Source of the DNA: Actinomycetota bacterium
GTDB taxonomy: Bacteria; Actinomycetota; Aquicultoria; Subteraquimicrobiales; Subteraquimicrobiaceae
Reading direction: 5' to 3'
Assembly (NCBI GenBank): GCA_030018275.1
Contig: JASEGB010000008.1
Span: 6,353 to 70,352, forward strand
DNA: 64,000 nt
A model generated the notes under the pieces. That model was given only the letters and a program-made list of their open reading frames with translations, made no database searches and was not told the DNA's origin. Shown in pieces: positions 48,962-58,533 of the stretch (within the stretch, counting starts at the first letter, position 1; each line of letters starts with the position of its first letter). Made by a program: the position numbers and the translations under genes.

Positions 48962-49146
48962 ACAATACTAAAAAATTTTCAAAAAGCGGGAAATTACGCC
49001 CGGGGGGATTTTTTGCGTTGCCTATACGGATAGGGGTAAAAGTGAACCTGGTTCTTTCCCCTCTGCTTTGCTAGGTATAGGGCTTCATCGGCCCTACTTT
49101 TAGATGGTAAGCATATTATGGAAAGAGGAGACAAACTTTGGGAAAT

Positions 49147-50754
49147 CTAAACGGAGCTTCGTGGCAGGATTTTTTGTGCTCTCCTTAGGCGATCTATCGC
49201 GCGCCTCTTTCCTAAAAGTTCAAGGGTTTCAAAGAGGGGTGGGCTCACCATTCTTCCGGTAACCGCAACCCTTATTGGCTGAAAAACCTCTCGCGCGTGA
49301 AGTCCGAGCTCGTTCTGGAGAGACCTGAGGGTCCTTTCGATCCCCCCTGAATCGAACCTATCCAAAGATTCCAACCTCTCTGTAGCCATTGATAAAACCT
49401 TGGGTACTTCAGGAGCACTTAAGATCTTTTCAACGGATTTTGGATCCCATTCCACATCCTTGAAGAAGAAATCCGCGAGCTCAACGACCTCGGCGAGATT
49501 TTTCATCCTCTCTTGCTCTAAAAAAACAAGCCTCTCTAACCAGCTCATTTTCCTTTTATCCGGCGCCTCAGCTAAATAGCCCGCTCTTTCAAGAAAGGGA
49601 ATAATCTCGGCCGCAAGCCTCTTAACTGGAGCATGGCGGATATAATAACCATTCATCCACTCAAGTTTTCCAATGTCAAAAACGGCTGGGGCTTTCGATA
49701 CCCTCTCCAGAGAAAATTTCTCGATCAGTTCATTCCTACTTATCAAGGTGGTTTTCTCATCTAAAGACCAGCCCAAGAGAGCTAAGTAGTTGACCATCGC
49801 TTCCGGTAGATATCCTTTATTTCGATATTCTTCAATGGATGTAGCTCCGTGACGCTTACTCAAAGGTTTCCGATCAGGTCCCACAATCATCGGTAGATGC
49901 GCAAATAGCGGAGGTTCCGAGTTCAGAGCGTTGTATAGAAGAACCTGTTTTGGTGTGTTGGGCAGGTGATCCTCTCCCCGAATTACGTGGGTAATCTCCA
50001 TGGCTTTATCGTCGACGACTACGGCGAAGTTATAGGTTGGGCTGCCGTCGGCTCGAAGAAGGACGAAATCATCGAGGAGTCTATTCTCGAAGTGAACTTC
50101 GCCTCGAATGAGATCGGATATGGTGGTTACCCCTTCAAGGGGACAAGCAAATCTTATAGCCGGTTTTCGCTCCCTTTCGAGCACCCTCCTCTGCTCAGAA
50201 CTTAAAGCTCGGCATCTTCTGTCGTAGCGAGGCGGGATGCCCGCCTTGAGAGCTTCCTCGCGTCGAGTCTCAAGCTCCTCTGGAGTGCAGTAACAAAAGT
50301 AAGCCTTTTTTTCATCGAGCAAACGCTGGACAGCCTCGTGATAGAGTGAGAATCGTTCGGTCTGGCGATAGGGGCCTTCGTCCCAATCCAGACCGAGCCA
50401 TTTTAAGGAGGAAATGATCACTTCTATCGCTTCCTCCGTCGATCTAGTGCGATCGGTATCCTCTATCCTGAGAATGAAACTTCCCTTATTCTTTCGAGCA
50501 AAAAGCCAATTATAGAGGGCTGTTCGGGCTCCTCCGATATGCAAATAACCGGTGGGACTGGGAGCAAAGCGGACACGGACGGCTTGCCCTTTGTCCCTTA
50601 TTGCCTGTCGCAGATCTTGTTCTATTTGTTTTTCGAGCCATTCTTCCTCGAGCTTGCGTCTTTTGTCGGGAATTACTTTCGTGGGAGGGGGCATCGGCTT
50701 TCTGATTGACTTGTAGATATCCAGTTCGTCGGAGATTTTCTTTTTCTTACTCAT
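49147..50754 (-). CDS. gltX: Glutamate-tRNA ligase with ~58-aa N-terminal extension
   Basis: RFAPSPTGYLHIGG, RIEDTD, C.C..E..C, PLSKR; start MSKKKK at 50754. Confidence 0.95.
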   Translation of the reverse strand: MSKKKKISDELDIYKSIRKPMPPPTKVIPDKRRKLEEEWLEKQIEQDLRQAIRDKGQAVRVRFAPSPTGYLHIGGARTALYNWLFARKNKGSFILRIEDTDRTRSTEEAIEVIISSLKWLGLDWDEGPYRQTERFSLYHEAVQRLLDEKKAYFCYCTPEELETRREEALKAGIPPRYDRRCRALSSEQRRVLERERKPAIRFACPLEGVTTISDLIRGEVHFENRLLDDFVLLRADGSPTYNFAVVVDDKAMEITHVIRGEDHLPNTPKQVLLYNALNSEPPLFAHLPMIVGPDRKPLSKRHGATSIEEYRNKGYLPEAMVNYLALLGWSLDEKTTLISRNELIEKFSLERVSKAPAVFDIGKLEWMNGYYIRHAPVKRLAAEIIPFLERAGYLAEAPDKRKMSWLERLVFLEQERMKNLAEVVELADFFFKDVEWDPKSVEKILSAPEVPKVLSMATERLESLDRFDSGGIERTLRSLQNELGLHAREVFQPIRVAVTGRMVSPPLFETLELLGKRRAIDRLRRAQKILPRSSV

Positions 50755-50837
50755 GCATCCCACCGTTTTAGTAATTATTAACCCTGGACATAATTCATTC
50801 ACGGGAGTTTCTTCCACCACGCTGTTTATCAGGTCAA

Positions 50838-50956
50838 TGCAAAATGTAAAAATCAAAAATAAAAATCACAAATCAAAATGTAAAATTGTTATTTTTTAAA
50901 CCATTTTAAATTTTGGATTGTCATTTTGCACTTTTCATTTTGGATTTTGAATTTGA
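50838..50956. repeat. Imperfect inverted repeat built from ~7-bp units
   Basis: Left arm GCAAAAT/GTAAAAA/TCAAAAA..., right arm ATTTTAA/ATTTTGG/ATTTTGC/ATTTTGA. Confidence 0.7.
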
Positions 50957-51006
50957 GATGAGCTCAATTGAGATTTATGTCTAGCTATAGTGATTATGTC
51001 CATGTT

Positions 51007-51831
51007 TCAATTTGACAACGGGTCACGCTCTCTTATCAGGGTAATTTTACTCCCAACTTTTAATCCTAACTTGACGGAGGCACTTCCCTGGTTTACAGCA
51101 ATACAAAGATGATCAGATGAATCCACCAATAAGAGGAGCTCACCAGCCTTTACTTCGCCAAAAGTCCTCAAAAGGGGCAGGATTATACCCTTCTCATCCC
51201 ATTTTACCAAAATTTGGTTTTTCAATCTTATGCCACATTTCATCAACTCATGTAGGGTTACATTTAAGCGAAGGGTTCCAAATTTATCTACATCAATGAC
51301 CTCGCAAATTATTTCCTCTCCTGAAATCCTTGCTTTGGACCAAGGGGTTTGGACAAGGTCATTTATATCGATTTCCGGTCCAAACTCATCTATATCCTTC
51401 CCTGCAGCTAGGTGAGCAGCAGCAGGGGCGAAGATGTCTCTTCCGTGAAAGGAGGGGCAAATTGGTTTGTGCATATATCTTTCATTGGTTATCTCGACAA
51501 CCCTTTTAATCCCTCCTAATCTTTGAGCTGTGGGAATGAGCAGCCCATTATCGGGTCCTATCAAGTAATCTCCCCTTTTGGTCAAGATTATTATAGCCCT
51601 CCTCTTGGTTCCCACACCGGGATCGACTACGGCTAAATGAATCCCCTTGGGCATGAAGGGAACTGCACTAGCGAGTAGTAGAGCACCCTTCTTTACATTG
51701 AAATTTGGAACTTCGTGAGAAATATCGATGATCTCAGCGTGAGGAGCAATCCCCTTCACGACACCTTTGCAGACTCCAACCCATCCATCAGCTAAGCCAA
51801 AATCGCTTAAGAATGTTATAATGGGTCCCAT
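51007..51831 (-). CDS. SAM hydrolase / chlorinase-fluorinase family (DUF62)
   Basis: FLSDFG..D, DISHEV, VVDPGVGT.R, PDNGLL, SFHGRDIFAP, DKFG. Confidence 0.93.
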   Translation of the reverse strand: MGPIITFLSDFGLADGWVGVCKGVVKGIAPHAEIIDISHEVPNFNVKKGALLLASAVPFMPKGIHLAVVDPGVGTKRRAIIILTKRGDYLIGPDNGLLIPTAQRLGGIKRVVEITNERYMHKPICPSFHGRDIFAPAAAHLAAGKDIDEFGPEIDINDLVQTPWSKARISGEEIICEVIDVDKFGTLRLNVTLHELMKCGIRLKNQILVKWDEKGIILPLLRTFGEVKAGELLLLVDSSDHLCIAVNQGSASVKLGLKVGSKITLIRERDPLSN

Positions 51832-51979
51832 TTGTCTCCTCTCAATCCTTTCATATGAACATAAAATGGTTAAAGTGTGTTACCCTTCCCTAATGTCTAA
51901 GGTGTCAGCCTAACTCGTTAATAGTCCAGGTTACGACTCAGCCTGTAGATTTATGTCTAGGCAAGATGCTCGGGAAAAC

Positions 51980-53293
51980 TTACAGATGGTGATCTCTTAG
52001 GCTAATCTGATAAAGCCTTCGGTAGACCACATTTATTTGCCAGAATACAAAAAACTTGTATATGGAACGCAGGTGCCGTAAGGATTTAAGCATTCTCATG
52101 AAGATTGCCCAATAGGAGTAAACCTTCTGGCAGGCCCAATCATAATGGGCTCGAAATTCCTCGGGTGACATGAGCTTGGGATGGAACACCACGTGAGTAG
52201 TGTCATATTTCTCCCACCTGTTGTGCAGAATGCGTCCGGTTTCCTCCAACTTCTCGCGGAGAGCAGTTCCCGGATAGGGAGTTAACACAGTAAGTTGGGG
52301 AACCTCTATATTCAACCGTTTGATGAAATTCACGGTTCTTTTAAATACACCCGGATCTTCTTCATCAAACCCGAAGACAAAGCAACCAATAATCCCTATT
52401 CCTTGGGAGTGTATCCTGCGAATGGCTTCTGCGTATTCGATTATCTTATTCACCTTTTTGCCCATGGCTTCGATGGCCTCGTTCACCAGGGATTCGAAAC
52501 CCATGAGTATTCCAACGCAGCCACTGCTTGCAGCCAACTTTAGCAAGGACCAATCCTTTGCCAGATTGAGGGAACCTTGACTTATCCACTTTATCTTCAA
52601 AGGGATTAAGGCTTTGAAAAGCTCCTTAGCATACTTGGGATTTCCCACAATATTATTGTCGGTGAAGAATATAAACCTCTCCTTCAAATCCTTTATCTCT
52701 TGTACAACCTCCTGGATGGGTCGATAGCGGATGTTGTTACCGAAAAAAGTCGTGGTAGAGCAAAAACTGCAGTTGAAGGGACAGCCCCTTGATGTCTCTA
52801 CTTTGGGGACATTCACATAAGCTTTTTCATTCATTAAATCTCGACGAGGCCTTGACAGATTCGTCAGATCGGGTTTCTTCTTTGAACGATAGAATTTTTG
52901 AAGACTCCCTCTTCTGAAATCATCGAGCATCTTCTGCCAGACTCCCTCCGCTTCTCCCAGGATAATAGCATCGGCATGGGCAATTGCCTCCTCCGGTACG
53001 AGGGTAGGATGAACGCCTCCCATCACTACCTTTACCCCTCGAGTGCGAAACTCATCGGCGATCTCATAGGCCCGGGGGGCACTTGGGGTAAGAGTGGTAA
53101 TGCAAACCAGATCAACCGGTTTATTGAAATCGATTTCCTCCACATTCTCATCGGTGATGGAGACTTCAACGTCGGGGGGATTCAACCCAGCTAAAATGGG
53201 TGGAGTTAAGGAACTCATATACATCTTTCCAAATAACCTCACATTCGTTGGGTGATAGGGTTGGATAATTTCTAACTTCAAAATAATCACCAT
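51980..53293 (-). CDS. B12-binding-domain radical SAM protein
   Basis: GGVHPT, GEAE, SRGCPFNCSFC, DNN, TPYPGT. Confidence 0.92.
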   Translation of the reverse strand: MVIILKLEIIQPYHPTNVRLFGKMYMSSLTPPILAGLNPPDVEVSITDENVEEIDFNKPVDLVCITTLTPSAPRAYEIADEFRTRGVKVVMGGVHPTLVPEEAIAHADAIILGEAEGVWQKMLDDFRRGSLQKFYRSKKKPDLTNLSRPRRDLMNEKAYVNVPKVETSRGCPFNCSFCSTTTFFGNNIRYRPIQEVVQEIKDLKERFIFFTDNNIVGNPKYAKELFKALIPLKIKWISQGSLNLAKDWSLLKLAASSGCVGILMGFESLVNEAIEAMGKKVNKIIEYAEAIRRIHSQGIGIIGCFVFGFDEEDPGVFKRTVNFIKRLNIEVPQLTVLTPYPGTALREKLEETGRILHNRWEKYDTTHVVFHPKLMSPEEFRAHYDWACQKVYSYWAIFMRMLKSLRHLRSIYKFFVFWQINVVYRRLYQISLRDHHL

Positions 53294-53302
53294 CCATTAA
53301 TT

Positions 53303-53692
53303 TTAAATCTCCAATTCCCTTCCATAATCATCTGCGAGCCTGTGGACATCATCCTCAAGGGAATAGCCGAAGGCAACCTCCAATATCCTCCCCCTTTTTC
53401 CCTTGGAGGATATGCGGTGAACCTGACCCGCTGGGATGAAAAACTCTTCACCCACCTTGGCATCGTGGATCTCATCGCCGATTTGAACCCTTAAACCCTT
53501 GTCCAGTATCACCCAGGTGTCGCTCCTTAAGTTGTGCCAATGCAAACTGGTTTCTTGATTGGGTTGTATGGTGATGAGCTTCACGGAACAGGTTTTATTG
53601 AGAGCATAAATGTTTAAATGACCCCAAGGCTTATCGACCTTCATGACCACCACCTTCATTCTTCTACCATATTCATTCACATTATAGCGCAA
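53303..53692 (-). CDS. Mannose-6-phosphate isomerase type II C-terminal-like cupin
   Basis: KPWG, SLHWH..RS..W, IPAG..HR, LEV..G..EDD..RL.DDYGR. Confidence 0.85.
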   Translation of the reverse strand: MRYNVNEYGRRMKVVVMKVDKPWGHLNIYALNKTCSVKLITIQPNQETSLHWHNLRSDTWVILDKGLRVQIGDEIHDAKVGEEFFIPAGQVHRISSKGKRGRILEVAFGYSLEDDVHRLADDYGRELEI

Positions 53693-53712
53693 ATCAAAAT
53701 CAAACCTTCGAT

Positions 53713-54174
53713 CTATAAAATTTTCAAAAGATTGACCATTTCAATGGTGGACATGGCTGCCTGCCAACCCTTGTTGCCGGATTTAGTGCCAGCGCGCTCT
53801 ATTGCTTGCTCGATGGTATCGGCGGTAATTATCCCAAAGGAGATGGGGACACCGGTATCCAAATTTATCTTGGCAATGCCCTTGGCTACCTCGCTGCAGA
53901 TGTATTCAAAATGGGGGGTATCACCCCGAAGAATCACCCCCAGACAGATGAGACCGTCGTATCTCTTGGAGAGGGCCATCCTCCTGGCGATCAATGGTAT
54001 CTCAAAGGAACCCGGAGTCCAAACCACCTCGATGTTTTCATCCCGAGCATCATGTCGCTTGAGGGCATCCATTGCCCCTTCCAAAAGTCTTTTACTTAAA
54101 AACTCATTGAATCGACTGACGATAATCCCAAATTTAAAATCCCGCGCAATAAGTTTCCCTTCATAAATTTTCAT
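53713..54174 (-). CDS. ribH: 6,7-dimethyl-8-ribityllumazine synthase
   Basis: VSRFN, PGSFEIP, RGDTPHF, RAG.K.GNKG. Confidence 0.97.
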   Translation of the reverse strand: MKIYEGKLIARDFKFGIIVSRFNEFLSKRLLEGAMDALKRHDARDENIEVVWTPGSFEIPLIARRMALSKRYDGLICLGVILRGDTPHFEYICSEVAKGIAKINLDTGVPISFGIITADTIEQAIERAGTKSGNKGWQAAMSTIEMVNLLKIL

Positions 54175-54254
54175 GATTTCCTCCCTTCCATTATCGACCC
54201 TGGTTACTCAAAAATCGTCGCCTGCAGTGAGTTAAGAATTGCTTTTTCGAGCGA

Positions 54255-55463
54255 CTAGTCTTCTAGCTCAAATAGGTGAGCTAATTTATCTCTTTTGACT
54301 CGTAAGTAGTCGATGTTGTGAAAACTAGGTCGTACAACCAGCGGTACCCTTTCGGTGATCTTTAAACCATAACCCTCCAATCCCACTATCTTTCTGGGGT
54401 TATTGGTCATTAAACGCATCGATGTGATGCCCAAATCGACCAATATTTGAGCCCCAATGCCATAGTCCCTGAGGTCTGGCGGGAAACCCAGCTCTTTATT
54501 CGCTTCTACTGTATCCTTCCCTTCTTCCTGAAGCTCATAAGCCCTGAGTTTATTGACAAGTCCTATGCCTCTCCCCTCCTGTCCTATAATGTACAGAAAG
54601 ACTCCGCGCTCCTCCTGAGCTATCTTCTTTAAAGCTTCCTCCAATTGACCTCCACAATCGCAGCGAAGGGAGCGAAATACATCTCCGGTCAAGCACTCAG
54701 AGTGAACTCGAACTAGGATATCATTTCCGCCTTCAACTTTCCCCTTGACCAGTGCTAAATGGCATTTTCCATCCAAAATACTTTCATAACCGATAGCTGT
54801 AAACATCCCATATTTTGTGGGTAGATTTACCTCCGCGATGCGTTTCACGAGTTTCTCGGTGCGGTGGCGAAATCTAATTAGGTCTGCAATGGTTATCATC
54901 CTCAGACCAAATTTTCCTGCGATTTTCTCCAATTGGGGAACCCGGGCCATGGTTCCATCCTCATTCATGATCTCACAGATGACACCCGCTGGGAAAAGTC
55001 CCGCTAATTTTGCCAAATCCACGGCTGCTTCGGTATGGCCGGCTCTCTCCAAAACCCCGCCTCTTTTGGCTCGAAGCGGGAAAACGTGACCGGGCATGGA
55101 GATATCCTCCGGCTTGGTCTTAGGATTTACGACCGTTCGGATGGTGATTGCTCTATCGCGTGCGGATATGCCCGTAGTTGTGTTGTGCTTCGCATCGATG
55201 GAAACCGTAAAGGCAGTTTCATGAGATGATGTATTGTTGGGAACCATGGTGGGGATTTTAAGCTGGTCCAATCTCTCGAGGGTACAGGGTAGACAAATGA
55301 GACCTCTCCCGTGTTTGGCCATGAAATTTATAGCCTCAGGGGTAACTTTCTCCGCAGCCACGCAGAAATCTCCCTCATTTTCACGATCCTCATCATCCAC
55401 TACGATGACCATCCCACCCCTTTTTATCTCCTCGATCGCTTCTTCGATGGAACTAAAAGCCAC
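54255..55463 (-). CDS. ribBA: Bifunctional DHBP synthase / GTP cyclohydrolase II
   Basis: [35 protein letters not shown]. Confidence 0.97.
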   Translation of the reverse strand: MAFSSIEEAIEEIKRGGMVIVVDDEDRENEGDFCVAAEKVTPEAINFMAKHGRGLICLPCTLERLDQLKIPTMVPNNTSSHETAFTVSIDAKHNTTTGISARDRAITIRTVVNPKTKPEDISMPGHVFPLRAKRGGVLERAGHTEAAVDLAKLAGLFPAGVICEIMNEDGTMARVPQLEKIAGKFGLRMITIADLIRFRHRTEKLVKRIAEVNLPTKYGMFTAIGYESILDGKCHLALVKGKVEGGNDILVRVHSECLTGDVFRSLRCDCGGQLEEALKKIAQEERGVFLYIIGQEGRGIGLVNKLRAYELQEEGKDTVEANKELGFPPDLRDYGIGAQILVDLGITSMRLMTNNPRKIVGLEGYGLKITERVPLVVRPSFHNIDYLRVKRDKLAHLFELED

Positions 55464-55467
55464 CTCT

Positions 55468-56115
55468 TCACCCCCCTGAAGTAAAACCGTGTTTTAAAAG
55501 CGTTTCTAAAGTTAGATTGCCCTTAACCGATTTTCTTAAGAAGCTTTCGATATACTTTCCGAAAATATCCGCTTCCAAATTTACTTTGAGACCTGGACCC
55601 TTAAAACCCAATGTTGTTACCCTTGCCGTGTGGGGAATAATGGAAATAGTGAAAGCGGAAGTAGAAATATCGACTATGGTCAGACTCACTCCATCTACCG
55701 CAATTGAGCCTTGCGGTATTAAATATCGACTAACTTGAGACGGAGCCTCGATCTTAAGGATAATTGCATTACCTTTCCTAATTTTGTTGAGGATTGCTCC
55801 TACACCATCAACATGCCCGGTTACCATATGCCCACCGAGACGATCATGGAATCTCAAAGCCCTTTCCAAATTCACGACATCTCCGGATTTTAACTCGCCC
55901 AGATTCGTCCTTTCCAGCGTCTCGGGCGAAATATCCACTCGAAATCCATTCCCCCTTCGCTCGGTAACCGTGAGGCAGACTCCATTTACAGCGATGGAGT
56001 CTCCAATCTTCAAATCCTCCGTCACCTTTGGGGCAAATACCTCCAAAGTGCATTTACCTCCGCTTTTCGTGAGTGCTTTAACTCCTCCAAGTTCCTCAAT
56101 TATGCCCGTGAACAT
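55468..56115 (-). CDS. ribE: Riboflavin synthase alpha chain
   Basis: [32 protein letters not shown]. Confidence 0.97.
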   Translation of the reverse strand: MFTGIIEELGGVKALTKSGGKCTLEVFAPKVTEDLKIGDSIAVNGVCLTVTERRGNGFRVDISPETLERTNLGELKSGDVVNLERALRFHDRLGGHMVTGHVDGVGAILNKIRKGNAIILKIEAPSQVSRYLIPQGSIAVDGVSLTIVDISTSAFTISIIPHTARVTTLGFKGPGLKVNLEADIFGKYIESFLRKSVKGNLTLETLLKHGFTSGG

Positions 56116-56188
56116 ACCACAACTCCCTTGAAAGATAGGGATGAGTTATGAGTCATAAGTGAAAAGAGAAAGAAGAATTCTTGTTTCA

Positions 56189-56232
56189 CTCTAGACTTAT
56201 CCCTCTAGACTTACTCCCTCTAGACTTACTCC
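56189..56232. repeat. 15-bp tandem repeat (x3) across the ribD stop codon
   Basis: CTCTAGACTTACTCC x2 plus a 14-bp variant; encodes GVSLE GVSLE G*. Confidence 0.85.
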
Positions 56233-57321
56233 CTTCTTAGGGTAGGCTTCTATCATCAGGTCTTCGCCGACCCTTTTCACGTCCGTTATTTTAAGGTTGG
56301 GTGCCTGGTCAATGGCTTCAATGCTTTCTCCGCCTATAACTCCAGGGGTATCATCTCCTCCTATGAGTTTTGGAGCGATAAAGAACAAAAATTTATCCAC
56401 GATTCCAGCCTTGATGGCCGATGCGCTGAGCAGCGAACCTCCTTCCAAAAGAACGCTGGTTATCTCCCTTTCTCCCAGTTCCTTCATGAGTTTGACCAGG
56501 TCAACTCTTCCATCTTTTCTGGGGACGGGGAGAACTTCAACCCCGTATTGGCGAAGAGTTTGAATTTTTTCTTCATCAGCATTAGCAACGGCCAGAATTG
56601 TGGGAATCTCTGAAGCCGTTTTGACTATCTTGGAATCCAGGGGGATTCTTGCTTTACTGTCTATGATGATGCGAATGGGATTATGTGTTTCTCCACCCTG
56701 AAGTCTCACCGTAAGTAGGGGATTATCCAGAAGAACGGTTCCTATTCCAACCATGATAGAATCGTATTCACCGCGGAGGCGATGGACTTCCTTGCGGGAT
56801 TTCTCACTCGTTATCCGGGTAGCACTCCCTCTTTTTGCCGTAATTTTCCCATCCATACTCATGGCCACTTTCATTAAAACGAAGGGCAAACCCGTCGTTA
56901 TGTACTTAATGTAGATCTCATTTTGATGAGCGATTTCTTGGCTTAAAATGCCCACTTCGACGTCGATTCCTTTGAGTTTAAGCTGCTCGATACCCCTTCC
57001 ACAAACCTTGGGATTGGGGTCGATTAATCCCACTATAACCCTTGAAATTCCAGACTCAATGATCGCTTCAGTGCAGGGAGAAGTTCTTCCATAAATACAA
57101 CAGGGTTCCAGAGTTATATACATCGTAGCCCCTTTTGCCTCCTCCTGAGCTTCATTAAGGGCGTTTATCTCAGCGTGAGGCTCCCCAGCTCTGGTGTGGA
57201 AACCTTCCCCCACTATTGCTCCATCCTTAACTATTACCGCTCCCACAAGGGGATTGGGGCTGGTTCTTCCTCGCCCCTTCTCTGCTAGCTCGATTGCCCG
57301 CCTCATGTATTGTCCATGCAT
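56197..57321 (-). CDS. ribD: Riboflavin biosynthesis deaminase/reductase
   Basis: NPLVGAV, HAE, EPC....TSPC, MSMDGK, LLEGG; start MHGQY after GTGAGG. Confidence 0.96.
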   Translation of the reverse strand: MHGQYMRRAIELAEKGRGRTSPNPLVGAVIVKDGAIVGEGFHTRAGEPHAEINALNEAQEEAKGATMYITLEPCCIYGRTSPCTEAIIESGISRVIVGLIDPNPKVCGRGIEQLKLKGIDVEVGILSQEIAHQNEIYIKYITTGLPFVLMKVAMSMDGKITAKRGSATRITSEKSRKEVHRLRGEYDSIMVGIGTVLLDNPLLTVRLQGGETHNPIRIIIDSKARIPLDSKIVKTASEIPTILAVANADEEKIQTLRQYGVEVLPVPRKDGRVDLVKLMKELGEREITSVLLEGGSLLSASAIKAGIVDKFLFFIAPKLIGGDDTPGVIGGESIEAIDQAPNLKITDVKRVGEDLMIEAYPKKGVSLEGVSLEG

Positions 57322-57372
57322 GAGAATTCCCTCACAGCTAAAATAGCCATTCCAATATTTTTGTCTCTTATT

Positions 57373-57402
57373 AAAAAGAAATGCCAAGGAGAGGTCCTTG
57401 GC
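57373..57402 (-). terminator. Terminator of the FMN riboswitch expression platform
   Basis: GCCAAGGA-CCTC-TCCTTGGC followed by ATTTCTTTTT. Confidence 0.85.
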
Positions 57403-57422
57403 AATAGCCAATACTCAAGGAA

Positions 57423-57681
57423 CCTTCTCCCATCCAGACTATACTGTCGGCTCTGGAATTCCCTTTCGGGTCACCAGATCCACCCCACCTTAAGCACTAG
57501 TGCTAATTATTTGGTAATTGGTATATTATTCTTATTCACCCAATAACCTAGTGACCTAATTGCCCAAATGGGATTCGCGGGCTTTACCGCCGGTCGGGAC
57601 TTCCCACCACCAATACTTGCTGCCACTCTCTTCCTCACTTAGAGCAAAGTAGCTTGGCAGTAGGTCACCCTGCCCCGAAGG
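57423..57681 (-). promoter_or_regulatory. FMN riboswitch with large insertions (~260 nt)
   Basis: CCTTCGGGGCAGGGTGA..TCCCGACCGGCGGTAAAGCCCGCGA..GATCTGGTGA..ATTCCAGAGCCGACAGTATAGTCTGGATGGGAGAAGG upstream of ribD. Confidence 0.92.
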
Positions 57682-57718
57682 TTTCCCATATTTCATTTGC
57701 AAAAACTATAACAAAAGA

Positions 57719-58417
57719 TTACAGCTTAGGCAAGCCTGTCTGCCGACAGGCAGGGGAAATTACTTTTCTTAAGTTCCTTATGGCCTCGCCGATATCAATG
57801 TGGTTAAAAATGGCAGAACCTGCAACTAGGATATCCGCCCCCGCCTTTACGATATCCAGGGCATTCTTCTGAGAAACCCCTCCATCAACCTCTATTGCTA
57901 CCGAAGGATTGCGCTCTTCAATCATATTTTTAAGAAGACGTATCTTCTCTAGGGTTTGAGGAATGAACTCTTGTCCCTCAAAACCAGGATTAACTGACAT
58001 AATGACCACGAAATGTATCTCCGGTAGAATGTTGATGAGATTTGTTAGAGTTGTTGCAGGATTTAGGGCTACTCCAACACCTAGATTACTATAAGTCTTA
58101 ACCCTCTGGATTACTCGATGTAGATGAGTACAGGCTTCAAAGTGGACGGAGAGGAGATTGGCTCCAGCTTCAATGAAATCCTCGATGAAGAATTCTGGGT
58201 TCTCGATCATCAGGTGCACATCAAAGGGGATATTGGCATACCGCTTGATAGCAGAAATTGCGGAGGGACCGATGGAGATATTGGGCACGAAATGACCGTC
58301 CATGACATCGATATGGATGTAATCCGCTCCGGCTTCTTCAGCTCGCTTGACTTGCTCTCCCAGGCATGCAAAATTCGCCGACAAAATTGAGGGAGCAATC
58401 TTTACCCTTTTTACCAT
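57719..58417 (-). CDS. rpe: Ribulose-phosphate 3-epimerase
   Basis: IAPSILSA, HIDVMDGHFVPN, MSVNPGF, EVDGG. Confidence 0.97.
   Translation of the reverse strand: MVKRVKIAPSILSANFACLGEQVKRAEEAGADYIHIDVMDGHFVPNISIGPSAISAIKRYANIPFDVHLMIENPEFFIEDFIEAGANLLSVHFEACTHLHRVIQRVKTYSNLGVGVALNPATTLTNLINILPEIHFVVIMSVNPGFEGQEFIPQTLEKIRLLKNMIEERNPSVAIEVDGGVSQKNALDIVKAGADILVAGSAIFNHIDIGEAIRNLRKVISPACRQTGLPKL
57735..57754. repeat. 20-bp near-palindrome inside the rpe 3' end
   Basis: CCTGTCTGCCGACAGGCAGG, read as PACRQTG. Confidence 0.7.
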
Positions 58418-58533
58418 AGGGATTCCTCTCTTAAGGTAAAAGTAATTTTAACATTGAGTTTTCCTTCCTTCAAGAACTTTCTGCCTAACTCTTATCTTGT
58501 CCCGAACCTAAATTCCAAGTCCCGAATTCCCAA

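Noticed and set aside
50755-50856. Longer gltX start given by the ORF track
   Set aside because: It runs into the heptamer repeat and has no RBS; ATG 50754 has a GGTGG motif upstream.
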